DNA of 63,971 nt, filler included, from Octopus bimaculoides (GCF_001194135.2; 8 parts of 7 records of this genome joined end to end with filler, not necessarily neighbours in it); one strand, 5' to 3'; numbered from the whole stretch's first letter, positions 12,687 to 25,286 are shown. Program-made: numbers and translations. The notes: generated by a model not told the origin, from the letters alone.

Positions 12687-12758
12687 CAGTAATCCCTCGA
12701 CTATCGTGGGTGGTATGTTCCAAAAAGCCCCACGAAGTAGAAACGGTACTGTACTGTA
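12687..12758. mobile_element. One-ended fragment of pogo/Tigger-like MITE
   Basis: TA+CAGTAATCCCTCG...CCACGAAGTAGAAACGGTACTGTACTGTA matches rc of the right end of the 21019-21312 MITE. Confidence 0.7.
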
Positions 12759-12795
12759 TGTTTCTTTTTAATTATTTTTATAATTTGTATAATTT

Positions 12796-13112
12796 TATTA
12801 CCTCCGCCTTAGTGAAGGTGGAGGTATTGTTTTCAATCATGTCTGTTTGTTTTGTTTGTCCGTGGACTAGATATCTCAAGAACCGCTGGATGGATTCGAA
12901 TAAAACTTTCAGGGCTGTTTGGCCTCGTGACTAGCACGAATTGATTAGATTTGGGGATCGATCCGGTACTGAACAAGGATTCTGGATTATTTTTCTTGTT
13001 TTTTTTTGTTTTTTTTTTACTTAATTTTTGAGAGCCATCGGGTTCGTTTTTAGTATACTCGTTTGTGATAGCAGTCGAGTTTATTTCAGATATTCTCATT
13101 TTCAAAATAATC
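12796..13112 (-). mobile_element. DINE-1/HINE-like (Helentron-associated) non-autonomous element, truncated
   Basis: Terminal hairpin TACCTCCGCC-TTAGTGAA-GGTGGAGGTA (12799-12826), (TGTT)n stretch; rc-colinear with 23122-23503. Confidence 0.65.
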
Positions 13113-13907
13113 AGTCGATTAAATCGGCCCTAGTACGCAACTGGTACTTTATTTATCGACCCAGAAAGGATGAAAGGTAAAGAATTTGAACTCAGAACGT
13201 AGAGACGACTAGGGCATAAGAGTGAACGTGGTTTGTCGACTGAAATAACCAGTAAAATGAGAGCAGAGAGAAACAGTTGAGTTGAAGCTAAGATGGCTGG
13301 AGAAGTACGCGTGATACGAGCAAGTGGAATAGCCATAGGCAGGAATGAGCTGTCATACAGTAATACTGAGCGGCCAATATTGGGATTGCAATAAATGTGA
13401 GAATCTGAGAGGGGAACATATCGAATAAAATCATAGTTAACTGATCATCCTGTATTTTCTTGAATCCAAAGCCAAGGACTTTTCAACACCCTATCGTTGA
13501 CACAAGGGCAGCACTTTGGAGGTAAGGAGTAAGTCGATTATATCGACCCGAGTGGTCAACTGGTACTTATTTTATCGACCTCGAAAAGATAAAAGGAAGA
13601 GTCGGCATTTTGTCCGGCGTGCTAACGATTCTGTCAGGTTGTGGCGTTATAACATAAATATTGTTTAACACTTCAACCATACTTTCTATTATAGGCACAA
13701 GGCCTAAAATTTGGGGAAGCGTGGTAATCGATTACATCCACCCCAGTACTCAACTGATACTTAATTTATCGACCCCGCTCCCGAAAGGATGAAAGGTAAA
13801 GTCGACCTCGGCGGAATTTGAACTCAGAACGTAGCGACGGGTGACGGGCGACGTACCGCTAAGCATTTCGTCCAGCTTGCTAACGATTCTGCCAGCTCGC
13901 CTCCTTT
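13113..13907 (-). mobile_element. Three SINE A pieces: 13113-13200, 13497-13648, 13678-13907 (last is full length)
   Basis: Each contains CAACTG(G/A)TAC...ATCGACC; the last ends in CTGCCAGCTCGCC. Confidence 0.8.
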
Positions 13908-14738
13908 CACCCTTCACCCGTCCTGCGTATCACATGCGATCAACAGGACATATTTCCCTGGCGTCCATGTATTATATGTGATACGCATTCCCAATTTTTT
14001 CCCAACAGCCTAGCAAGGGTAACTTGTGAATTATGAACGGAAACTTTCATTTTACGTAGAACGTAAGAATTAGGGAGAAACTGAAAGTTTGAAAACAAGA
14101 ATGGATATTATAAAAATATTTTAAACAGAGAAATGGTTCCCAAATAACGAGCGGTCCAATAATATTACTGATTTGTAAGCGGCTGACCTTACAAGACGGA
14201 TATATCTTCCCTGAAAAACGGTAAACAAAACCGCCAAGAGAATCACTTTCCAACCATTTTTTTTTCTGGAATCAATATTAAAGAAAGGATTTATTTGCAT
14301 TTTTAATTATCCCACAGTAAGTCTCTGCAATGTCGAAAGATTTATTTCTGGTTTACACTGCGTTATGTATAAGTGTTATTGTCTAATTAATCACAAAACA
14401 TCAAAAGCATATTTATGCAAATTAGGTTACCCATTAATGTGCTAGCTTAATTTGTGACTCGTGAATGTAGCAGCTGACCTAGGCGATCGATTGGTGGAGA
14501 AAGCCGGGTAGATCTTCTATTGGAAGCGGTCAACAAACTGTGGAGACTCCCTCCCTCTCTTTTTCCGTACTGCAACGATAAGATCAAAGTAGAGAATCAA
14601 AAATAACAAGAAAAATTGAAATGATAATAGCAAAAATATAAAAAAGAAAATGGTGTTTATATATTTTCCATGCGTATGTGTATGTCGAAGGGTTGACTTT
14701 TCTAGTGTTTTCTTGTTTTTGGTTTGCCTATATATATA

Positions 14739-14820
<82 letters not shown>

Positions 14821-14859
14821 AATGTATATATACATAAATGTGTGTATACATGCATAAAT

Positions 14860-14933
<74 letters not shown>

Positions 14934-16624
14934 ATATACATATCTATATATGTGTATATATAAATGTATATATATATATATACATATATATAAATGTATA
15001 TATCTATATACATACATTTATATATATTTATACAAATGTATATATATATATGTATATTTATATATATATATGTATATATGTGCATGAATAATACATGTAT
15101 ATATATATGTGTGTGTATATATACATACATACATATATACATATACATGCCCATTCACACACATGTGTGTCTATCTATCTATCTAGCTAGCTATCACACA
15201 CACACACACACACACACACACTGAGAGATAGAGAAGTAGATCTGGTTTGTAATGGAATAAGAAAAACGAAGTAACTACGTATTAATCATGAAATAACGAA
15301 ACTTGTGTATGCTTGTGCGCGTGTTCGCATGTATACGTGCCAACGCTTGTGGTTGAGTATTCAAGTAGAAATTCATACCAACTTCTGACTTCATATACCA
15401 TTGTATATGATATCGTTTTCTATCTCATTCTTTTCATTTTATTGAGCTCCTTCGCAAAGCGATATGCACAAAAGAATTACTTTCTCTGAAACTACGTTTT
15501 TTCCCTCTTTTATCTCTCAGTATGACAATAAATGTACTAAGTTATTAACATACATATGCATATATATATACATATGCATGCATATAGCTATCAATACTAT
15601 ATACATGCATATATACATATACGTCTGTATATATACATATACGTCTGTATATATACATATATATATGTGTGTGTGTGTGTGTATTTACTCACACGTAGAT
15701 ATATACATGCATATATATATNNNNNNNNNNNNNNNNNNNNNNNNNNNNNNNNNNNNNNNNNNNNNNNNNNNNNNNNNNNNNNNNNNNNNNNNNNNNNNNN
15801 NNNNNNNNNNNNNNNNNNNNNNNNNNNNNNNNNNNNNNNNNNNNNNNNNNNNNNNNNNNNNNNNNNNNNNNNNNNNNNNNNNNNNNNNNNNNNNNNNNNN
15901 NNNNNNNNNNNNNNNNNNNNNNNNNNNNNNNNNNNNNNNNNNNNNNNNNNNNNNNNNNNNNNNNNNNNNNNNNNNNNNNNNNNNNNNNNNNNNNNNNNNN
16001 NNNNNNNNNNNNNNNNNNNNNNNNNNNNNNNNNNNNNNNNNNNNNNNNNNNNNNNNNNNNNNNNNNNNNNNNNNNNNNNNNNNNNNNNNNNNNNNNNNNN
16101 NNNNNNNNNNNNNNNNNNNNNNNNNNNNNNNNNNNNNNNNNNNNNNNNNNNNNNNNNNNNNNNNNNNNNNNNNNNNNNNNNNNNNNNNNNNNNNNNNNNN
16201 NNNNNNNNNNNNNNNNNNNNNNNNNNNNNNNNNNNNNNNNNNNNNNNNNNNNNNNNNNNNNNNNNNNNNNNNNNNNNNNNNNNNNNNNNNNNNNNNNNNN
16301 NNNNNNNNNNNNNNNNNNNNNNNNNNNNNNNNNNNNNNNNNNNNNNNNNNNNNNNNNNNNNNNNNNNNNNNNNNNNNNNNNNNNNNNNNNNNNNNNNNNN
16401 NNNNNNNNNNNNNNNNNNNNNNNNNNNNNNNNNNNNNNNNNNNNNNNNNNNNNNNNNNNNNNNNNNNNNNNNNNNNNNNNNNNNNNNNNNNNNNNNNNNN
16501 NNNNNNNNNNNNNNNNNNNNNNNNNNNNNNNNNNNNNNNNNNNNNNNNNNNNNNNNNNNNNNNNNNNNNNNNNNNNNNNNNNNNNNNNNNNNNNNNNNNN
16601 NNNNNNNNNNNNNNATATATATAT

Positions 16625-16986
16625 ATATTGTTTTATTCTTTTATTTCTTGCAGTTATTTGACTGCGACCGTGCTGGAGCACCGCGTTTAGTCGAACAAAT
16701 CGATCTCAGGACTTATTATTTGTAAGCCTAGTATTTTTTCTATCTGTGTCTTTTGCCTAACTGGGTTGTAAACATACCACCATCGGTTGTCAAGCGATGT
16801 TGTGGGGACAAACAAAGATATAGAAATATATATAGACACACACACACACACACACACACTTATATATATATATATATATACATACATTATATACACATAT
16901 ACATACATATATATATGCATATATATATATATATATATACCTATATACATATATATATATGTATATATATACACATATATACATAC

Positions 16987-17017
<31 letters not shown>

Positions 17018-17042
17018 TATATGTATATAGATAGACAGATAG

Positions 17043-17075
<33 letters not shown>

Positions 17076-17345
17076 ACTATATATGTATATACGTATATAT
17101 GCTTGCATATATATAATACATATACATGCGTGCATATTAACATGCTTGAGTTTATGAATTAATTTTCTACATGTGTGTGGGAGAGAGCCTGTTTGTGTTG
17201 TCTATTTCTAAATATATTTGTCCCTCTTATATATCTGACTATTTTGCTCAACTCGAAGCTACATTAGAAGATAATTTCCTGAAGCCCTTCGCAAGTATCG
17301 GTCCCAGGATTTCTGTTCCGAGGCGAACTTCGTAACTAACCACTC
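16625..17345 (-). mobile_element. SINE B: 3' half (16625-16815), expanded microsatellite centre, decayed head (~17245-17345)
   Basis: Tail motif GACTGCGACCGTGCTGGAGCACCGC; head remnant GAAGCTACATTAGAAGATAATTTCC...AACTAACCAC in expected order. Confidence 0.65.
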
Positions 17346-17772
17346 GTCTTTATCATATATATTAATAATTTCTTCTAATACACATGCCATTTCAATAGAA
17401 AATTTTACACTGTTCTACTTTCATTTTCCTATTTGACGCGTTATGTTATAAATCTCAAAATAATTCCTTAAAACGTTGAAGGAATCCATTTTGTTATTGC
17501 TTGTTTGCTTATTTGTGCAAACAACCTTACTTTTTTTTTACTTCTCTCATCGGTAGTGTTACGTTTCCGAACAAATATTGACCAACTTTAAAAACATCTT
17601 AAATGATGTTTTCACAACGACGTCTCACACACTGCATATCGACACTGGAAGTGAATGCGTTAAGTATTCACACGCGCACACAGACACAGACACACACACA
17701 CACACACACGCACGCACGCACACACACATATCAATGAAGTCAGTATATTTGTATGTATTTATGTATATCCGT

Positions 17773-18112
17773 GGAGGCGCAATGGCCCAGTGGTTAGGGC
17801 AGCGGACTCGCGGTCGTATTGTCGCGGTTTCGATTCCCAGACCGGTCGTTGTGAGCGTTTATTGAGCGAAAACACCTAAAGAACTCCACGTGGCTCCGGT
17901 AGGGGGCAGTGGCGAACCCTGCTGTACTCATTCACCACAACTGTCTCTCACTCTTTCTTCCCTTTTCTGTTGTACCTGTATTTCAAAGTGCCATTTTGTC
18001 ACATTCTGTTCCACGCTGAATCTCCCCGAGAACTACCTTAAGGGTACACATGTCTGTCGAGTGCTCAGCCACTTGCACGTTATTTTCACGAGCAGACTGT
18101 TCCGTTGATCTA
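17773..18112 (+). mobile_element. tRNA-derived SINE family C
   Basis: A-box GGCCCAGTGGTTAGGGCAGCGG, B-box GGTTTCGATTCCC; body nearly identical to 49815 and 50286 copies. Confidence 0.9.
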
Positions 18113-18450
18113 CCGACTGCAGTACCAGTCTTTTTTAAATTTGTTTCTCAATACTTCAAAAGACTCTTGTATATCCTTGATCTAATTTCTCGATTGAAAT
18201 CAGTGTGACGCGGTCTGATACGGCTGCATCATTGCTCCATGGTTACAATTCATCCGATGGCGTCCATACAGCTTCCAAAGCGTGGGTCGATCCGAGGCCA
18301 TAAAGAAAGTCATTTGCCCAAGACGCCCCATCGTATTTTTATATCACCAAGCAATATATTAAAGGTTATGCCACATAACTGGTCAGACAGTTATGGTTAC
18401 CGTCGGTTTCGTGCCGAATATTACCACTTGTCAATATTGACCACTCTTCA

Positions 18451-18670
18451 AAGACGGCAAATTGGCAGAAACGTTAGCACGCCGGGCGAAATTCTTACCG
18501 GTATTTCGTCTGTTTTTACGTTCTGAGTTCAAATTCTGCAGAGGGCGCTTTGCCTTTTCTCGTTTCGGGGTCGATAAATTAAGTACCATTTACGTACTGA
18601 GGTCGATCTAATCGACTGGTCCCCTCCCCAAAAATTTCGAGCGTTGTGCCTAAAGTAGAAAAAGAATATT
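18451..18670 (+). mobile_element. SINE family A
   Basis: GGCAAATTGGCAGAAACGTTAGCACGCCGGGCG...GTTCTGAGTTCAAATTC. Confidence 0.85.
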
Positions 18671-18901
18671 GACAACTCTTCAGATACGTTAGCCGGAAGT
18701 GGATTGCTTCTTTTATGATTGGAGATGTACGAAGTCTAGGTTATTTTCGTTATGGCCAAAAGTGGAGCAAAATATTGAGAAAATAATATTCTCCGGGAGT
18801 AAAAATGACATTGTTTTCAATTTCTAATATTCACCTCACTAGCCCTATAACATTTATGACTGCTTTTACTATTTATATTTATTGATGTCAATAACCATCA
18901 G

Positions 18902-19205
18902 TTACTGCCCTCGTTTGTATCTCCTTATGCGACCCAGGATCATCGGGGATTTAAACATCATCCGATGCCAATATTTGTTCGTTGCCAAAACGACCAGAAC
19001 CATCCACCAAACTCTTTGCTACGTAACTTCCTTTCTTTCGCACAAAGAATATAATAAAAAAATAAGTGCCCCCACCATCACTACCACCTCCAGTTCGTTC
19101 CGTAGTTCACCGAGTGCGTAGATGTAAAGTACTTTGTGTACGGCCCTTGGATAACATCCAACGACGTAGTGTGTTTCACAGCTGGAAGTGGGAGCAACAG
19201 CACGG
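18902..19205 (+). CDS. Candidate pair of coding exons (18902-19022, 19106-19205) of an unidentified host gene
   Basis: CAG|...|GTAACT and CGTAG|...; 83-nt putative intron; open frame LLPSFVSPYATQDHRGFKHHPMPIFVRCQNDQNHPPNSLL, with an alternative frame also open; no homology recognised. Confidence 0.25.
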
Positions 19206-19489
19206 GTCACTAAGAACTCGGATGATTTATGTCAATTTTTTTTTTCTGCTACAATATGATCCAGCTGATCAACAGTCGATATTTCATTACTCACTCCACT
19301 TACTCGGTATCCAGAGATGAAACTAAGAGGCTGTTTTAAAATTTGCTGCATCACTTCACATCACGTGCATAGGTGGACATTCTTATACTATTTGCATAAA
19401 TCGCTATCACATGACATACAAACACACATGCGCGCGCACTCACACACACACACCCAGAGGTTCTGGAATGTCTGGATATCTTTCAACCT

Positions 19490-19700
19490 TTACACGTTTC
19501 AGTCATTAGACTGCAGCCATGCTGGAGCATAGAATTAAATTTTTAATCGAATGAATTGACCCTAGCATTTATTTATTCTTTTAAAGCCTGATACTTATTC
19601 TATCGGTTTCTTCTACCATGCCGCTAAGTTACGAGGACGTAAACATACCAACACTGGTTGTCATACACAAACACACGCACAAACATATACAAACACACAC
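19490..19700 (-). mobile_element. SINE B 3' half running into microsatellite/gap
   Basis: GACTGCAGCCATGCTGGAGCA...GCTAAGTTACGAGGACGTAAACATACCAAC. Confidence 0.8.
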
Positions 19701-19702
19701 AC

Positions 19703-19747
<45 letters not shown>

Positions 19748-20374
19748 NNNNNNNNNNNNNNNNNNNNNNNNNNNNNNNNNNNNNNNNNNNNNNNNNNNNN
19801 NNNNNNNNNNNNNNNNNNNNNNNNNNNNNNNNNNNNNNNNNNNNNNNNNNNNNNNNNNNNNNNNNNNNNNNNNNNNNNNNNNNNNNNNNNNNNNNNNNNN
19901 NNNNNNNNNNNNNNNNNNNNNNNNNNNNNNNNNNNNNNNNNNNNNNNNNNNNNNNNNNNNNNNNNNNNNNNNNNNNNNNNNNNNNNNNNNNNNNNNNNNN
20001 NNNNNNNNNNNNNNNNNNNNNNNNNNNNNNNNNNNNNNNNNNNNNNNNNNNNNNNNNNNNNNNNNNNNNNNNNNNNNNNNNNNNNNNNNNNNNNNNNNNN
20101 NNNNNNNNNNNNNNNNNNNNNNNNNNNNNNNNNNNNNNNNNNNNNNNNNNNNNNNNNNNNNNNNNNNNNNNNNNNNNNNNNNNNNNNNNNNNNNNNNNNN
20201 NNNNNNNNNNNNNNNNNNNNNNNNNNNNNNNNNNNNNNNNNNNNNNNNNNNNNNNNNNNNNNNNNNNNNNNNNNNNNNNNNNNNNNNNNNNNNNNNNNNN
20301 NNNNNNNNNNNNNNNNNNNNNNNNNNNNNNNNNNNNNNNNNNNNNNNNNNNNNNNNNNNNNNNNNNNNNNNNNN

Positions 20375-20424
<50 letters not shown>

Positions 20425-20578
20425 ATCTAAGCAGAGTTAGCGGTTATAATAACTGCCAAAGGGATAACATATTCGTCATACTAAACCACATAAATGTACA
20501 GGTAATATAGGGGTATACAGAGATAAACCATGTACCCTACACCTATGCACACGTACACTATGATTCATATGTAATGTT

Positions 20579-20700
20579 TTTTTTTACTATAGGCACAAGG
20601 CCTGAGATTCTTATGGAGTGGATTTATCGATCGGAACTTAATATATCAGCAGCGAAAGGATGAAAGGCAAAGTCAACCTCGGCGGAATTTAATTCAGAAA
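20579..20700 (-). mobile_element. SINE A 3' fragment
   Basis: TAGGCACAAGGCCTGA...GAAAGGATGAAAGGCAAAGTCAACCTCGGCGGAATT. Confidence 0.7.
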
Positions 20701-20873
20701 TATATAATAACAATATGAAAGGCACATAAACTGTATTCAAAAAAAAAAAAAGGAAGAGGTATAGATCACACATACCCATATCTGTTTATAAATAAAACGC
20801 AGACATACTTCCAATCACACACACACACACACACACAAACACACACATAAGTATCTTGAAATGATATAACGTG

Positions 20874-21415
20874 GAAGCGCGTGAATTAGTGGTTAGTGCG
20901 TTGGACTCATGATCGTAAGATTGTGGTTTCGATTCCTGGACGGGGCGATGCGTTGTGTTCTCGGGCAAAACACTTCATTCCACGTTACTCCTGTCCACTT
21001 TGCTAGCAAAAAGCGATACAGTAATCCCTCGCCATATCGCGGTTCACTTATCGCGGTTTATTATTTCAGCTTACGTCGATTCCTCCGTAGTTTATAATAA
21101 AATAAATATATACAAATTATAAAAATAATATATANNNNNNNNNNNNNNNNNNNNNNNNNNNNNNNNNNNNNNNNNNNNNNNNNNNNNNNNNNNNNNATAT
21201 ATATATATATATATATATATACAGTACAGTACTGTTTCTACTTCGTGGAATTTCATCTATCACGGGGGTTGGAAGGTGGAACGAAACACCCGCGATATTC
21301 GAGGGATTATTGCAATCCTGCGACGGTCCGGTGTCCCGTCCAGGCAGGGACTATATGTGCCATTGAAACCGGGAAACCGGCCCTTATAACCCTGGCATGG
21401 CTCGAGAAGGAAACA
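20874..21415 (+). mobile_element. tRNA/CORE-like SINE family E interrupted by a MITE
   Basis: Head GGAAGCGCGTGAATTAGTGGTTAG...GGTTTCGATTCC to 21016; resumes at 21313 with ATCCTGCGACGG...GAAACCGGGAAACCGGCCC. Confidence 0.7.
21019..21312. mobile_element. pogo/Tigger-like MITE
   Basis: TIRs CAGTAATCCCTCGCCATATCGCGG / rc CAATAATCCCTCGAATATCGCGG; TA at 21017-18, CA (decayed TA) at 21313-14. Confidence 0.8.
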
Positions 21416-21486
21416 TTTATTTATTTTATGATACAATATAATATATTATTTACATTATTTACATTATTTACATTTGGCAGAAATTT

Positions 21487-21783
21487 GCCCTTGTCTTGTG
21501 TAGTGGTTAAGAGCGCGGGCTACTAACCCCAAGATTCCGAGTTCGATTGCAGGCAATGACATGAATAATAATAATAATAACAATAATAATAACAACAACA
21601 TCGAAAAATACCTTAGGAATGAGAACCCAAGTTCGAAATTTCCCCAAGACACCTGATGAAAGCTGGAGGGTATATCAGCCGAAACGTTGTGTTAACAACA
21701 AACAAGATGAGGACAAATATCCGTCAAATGTAAATAATGTAAATAATGTACATAATTCCTCATCTCTTAAATTTAGAACTGTA
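21487..21783 (+). mobile_element. SINE family G: tRNA head + (AAT)n spacer + Penelope-like tail containing a hammerhead
   Basis: A-box TAGTGGTTAAG (21501-11), B-box GAGTTCGATTGC (21539-50), (AAT)n 21565-21600, CTGATGA...GAAACGTT at 21653-21688. Confidence 0.75.
21648..21693 (+). ncRNA. Minimal type I hammerhead ribozyme (loop-less palindromic stem III, dimer type)
   Basis: Stem I GACAC/GUGUU; CUGAUGA + extra A; stem II GCUG/CAGC with A.C mismatch at its base; GAAA; ACGU palindrome; predicted cleavage after GUU (21688). Confidence 0.6.
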
Positions 21784-22910
21784 TAATACAATATATAGTG
21801 ATATCTGGTGTGATTAATGTTATAATTTGTAATATAATGTAAATTCATTGAAATCAGGAGAAGAAAAAATATTCTAGCAGTGATAACGAATTTGAAATGA
21901 AGGGGAGATAATTTCAGGGAAATAGCAGTTAGTAGTTAGAAACCTTCAATCGGTGGCGAAATCCAAATCCCTATTTGTAAAACCTGGGAAAATCACGACT
22001 ATATGGAAAACATAATTCTAAATTGGGAGGAGTTTTGTGTCGTACAGACTTCATATTTTTATATATTTGTGTTTGTATATTTTCATGTTTTTGTGTGTAT
22101 GTTTGGTCGCCTAAGCTTCAAGATGCTCTATTTAAAGGCACCGTTACAAAATAAGTGTCCGCATCGCAGAATATCGTGAATATTAAAGTTAAAAGTGAGC
22201 AGGCTTTTGTCAGCTATTTCCGACCAAATCTTTCTTCCACGAAAGGATTGGTAAATATATTTGCTCCTATCGTGCAGTAAATTTTATTCCGCACACCATG
22301 ATTGAGGCGGAAGGAAATTTGCTTCACAACGATTGTCAAAATATTAGTGTCTCAGGCCACCTGTTGAGGGTATATCCTTTTATTTAAACTGTATGAACTT
22401 TCAGGACCACAATAGCTTCAATAGATAGCACACTCCACTGCATGTCAGAGAAACTGTGTATTAAAAAACTATTACGTTTATTAAAGGTCATTCTTCTTTA
22501 GCAAAAACAAATATTCACGTTCTATTTACAACATACTGAATCATTCCATTGAGTTGTCTTCTCCTTTATGTATTCTTTATTTTTATTCGTTTAAGATATG
22601 TGTTACTTAAGTATGCATGCATGGATGTACATGTGTGCGTGTGCGTGTGTGTGTGTGTAAACGGTAGAAGTTCTGAAGTGACTGAAGGGGCGAGTGTCTT
22701 TCGCATGGCACTTATCAAAATGGTTTCCAGTTTTCTGGAGATTCGTTTTATATAGCTTGATTTGCGTGGAGTTCGGTTTCGTTGATCGGAACTAATAAAA
22801 CCCGAACGTGCTTTCACAAAGCAACTAAAGACCAGAGTCTTCGTTACTCAATGAAAATTTTCAGGTTCTTCGTCCTCTTCCTCTCTTGGAAACATTAAAA
22901 ATAATCCTTT

Positions 22911-23108
22911 CACAAGGCCTGAAACTTCGGGGGAGGGGAATAGTTGATATCATCCACCCCAGTGTTTCACTGATACTTAATTTACCGACACCGAAAGGAT
23001 GAAAGGCAAAGATGACCTCGGCGGAATTTGAACTAAAAACGTCAAGACGGACTAAATACCGCTTAGCATTTCGCCCGGCGTGCTAACGATTCTGTCAGCT
23101 CGCCGCAG
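22911..23108 (-). mobile_element. SINE family A
   Basis: Full-length match to family A. Confidence 0.85.
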
Positions 23109-23121
23109 TTGAAACATTAAA

Positions 23122-23503
23122 AAACAAGAGCACTCAGGGAGCGCAAACCTCCACCAAGGCAACACCAAAGTTCTCTCAACGATTAGCCAGAGATGATTTT
23201 TAAAATGAGAATATCTGAAATAAACTCGACTGCTATCACAAACGAGAGTACTAAAAATAAACCCGACCACTCTCAAAAATTAAGTAAAAAAAAAAAAAAA
23301 ACAGGAAAAATAATCCCGAATTCGTGTCCAGTACCGAATCGATCCCCAAATCTAATCAATTCGTGCCAGTTACGAGTCCAAACATTCTTGAAAGTTTCAA
23401 CCGAATCCATCTAGCGGTTCTTGAGATATCTTGTCCACGGATAAACAAATAAACAAACACGACTGAAAACAATACCTCCGCCTTAGCGAAGCCGGAGGTA
23501 ATA
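23122..23503 (+). mobile_element. DINE-1/HINE-like element, apparently complete
   Basis: 5' sub-terminal AAACCTCCACCAAGGC (23145-60), (AAAC)n stretch, 3' hairpin TACCTCC-GCCTTAGCGAAGCC-GGAGGTA (23473-23500); no TSD seen. Confidence 0.65.
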
Positions 23504-23521
23504 ATTATCATCAATGCTAAT

Positions 23522-23660
23522 CTTTTTTTCTTCTTATCTATTCTTGTTTCAGTCATCTAACCGCGGCCATGCTGGAACACTGCCTTCAAGAATTTTTCAG
23601 TCGAATGAATCACACCCAGCACTTATTTTTTTGTAAGCCTTCTACTTACTCTATCTGTCT
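23522..23660 (-). mobile_element. SINE B 3' fragment
   Basis: GTTTCAGTCATCTAACCGCGGCCATGCTGGAACACTGCC. Confidence 0.7.
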
Positions 23661-24284
23661 AATGGCAAATGAAACGGGAGGAAACTGAGAAGAGACTCTT
23701 GAGTTTTGGTCTTGTATGAAATAACAAGTATTTAGTAAGGTATGTATTACAATATAATAAGATACAATATCCATATAATGCTATATGATTACACCATAAT
23801 CAATATAATAAATTGCACAAATGATGCAAAAAAACTATAATATTGGTTATGAAGCCATTTTATAGGTGAATATTCAAATGAAATTTTAATTTTGATTTTC
23901 AGAAAATATCTTTACTTATCTATCATTAAAGTAATTTTGATACGAAAATTTATTAATAAATTTATATATAATAGCATTTTGTTTAGTTGTGTGAGATATA
24001 TGAGATAAAAAATATTGTTCTCTGGAACCAGAGAATATTACTTCTCGTTAAGTGAAAAATATACGGGGATAGATTTTAATGAGAAATATAACAGCAAAAT
24101 TGGTTTATTAGAAATTGACAATGAAGAGATTTTTGATATTTTATAAGTATTTGAATACAATAAAATGTAAGATCTTTTGATGTGGATACGGAAGATTAGT
24201 GAAGGTTGTTTAGAATCTAAAGAAAGTTCCTGCCAGAATTGAAGTTTTTCTTATAGATTTATTTGAATCTTTTATAAGTGTTTA

Positions 24285-24864
24285 CGAGGTCTGAGAAGAA
24301 AGCATCGAGATTGGTATTATAAAAAGAAAACTAAAAACATATATTAATTCGGAATTTAATCTATCCTGTTTTCTTTTCGATGTAGATCCTTCCGGAGCCG
24401 CACACTTTATTCACCGTTCTTTCTATTCATGGAAGCATTCCTGGAACTCCCTTTTGGGGGATAGCGAGCAGCTGCCTCATTGCATTCTCTTGGCTTTCCT
24501 CGACATCTTGAACATTTTCCCTTTCAAGTGAGATTTGATTTTTGCTTTGGTTTCGGGGGTCATATCCACAGACCCATTAGTCATCACCTGGTATAACTCT
24601 TTTCAATATGTTTTAATCTTACTTCACAAATTCAAACAATTCCAGTGCATTTTTTTTTTCTTTTTTTTTTTTGCTTTCGAAACGACCACACTCTACACAC
24701 TTTATTTCCAGCTCTGCTATAAATTAGAGAAGTGAGAGAGAATGTTAGAACTTAGGTTGCTAATGCGACAGAGTTCAAGATCAATCTGAGCCATGCGGCT
24801 TCGCTCTGCGTACTTTAGCTCAGTTGCCATAGCAACAAGCTCGATACTTTTCGATCAGATCTCG
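24285..24864 (-). mobile_element. Internally deleted mariner (580 bp), same group as the 1486-2329 element
   Basis: TA TSDs at 24283-84 and 24865-66; ~30-bp imperfect TIRs CGAG(G/A)TCTGA; relic IPGDD*WVCGYDP (ITGDETW motif) and C-terminal AMRQLLAIP...FQECF. Confidence 0.8.
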
Positions 24865-25179
24865 TAGATAATATGGAAAAGAAATAATAAAGATTATCGA
24901 ACTTTAGCAAGAATTGAACCTTTACTATGTAATTTACAATAAAAACAATGCATTTGAATGATTAATAAACTTCTTTTGGCAAAATCAATACAATATATAC
25001 AACTCAACAAGATTCGAAACTGTGACTTAGACAATAGGTTACGAAATAAATGAGTACTTTTCTAAACCAAACTAAGACGAAAAATGAAAATAAAAAGTGA
25101 ATTATTCACCCAAATTAAAAGCAATAGAAGACAGGCTAAAGTCACGTGAATTACAAGCAAATAATATGCTCACGCACAA

Positions 25180-25286
25180 GCCGGCGAGTCGGCAGAAACG
25201 ATAGCACACCGGGCTGCTTACCGGTATTTCGTCTGCCGTTACGTTCTGTATTCAAATTCCGCCAAGGTCGATTTTGCCTTTCATTC
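25180..25286 (+). mobile_element. SINE A 5' half
   Basis: GGCGAGTCGGCAGAAACGATAGCAC...TTCAAATTCCGCCAAGGTCGA. Confidence 0.75.

Noticed and set aside
13290-13385. AAGATGGCT start-like context with adjacent CCAATATTGG palindrome
   Set aside because: ORF closes after ~33 codons and the donor is weak; insufficient support.
21487-21560. tRNA gene calls for SINE heads
   Set aside because: Heads have A/B boxes but lack a complete cloverleaf and run into SINE bodies; not functional tRNA genes.
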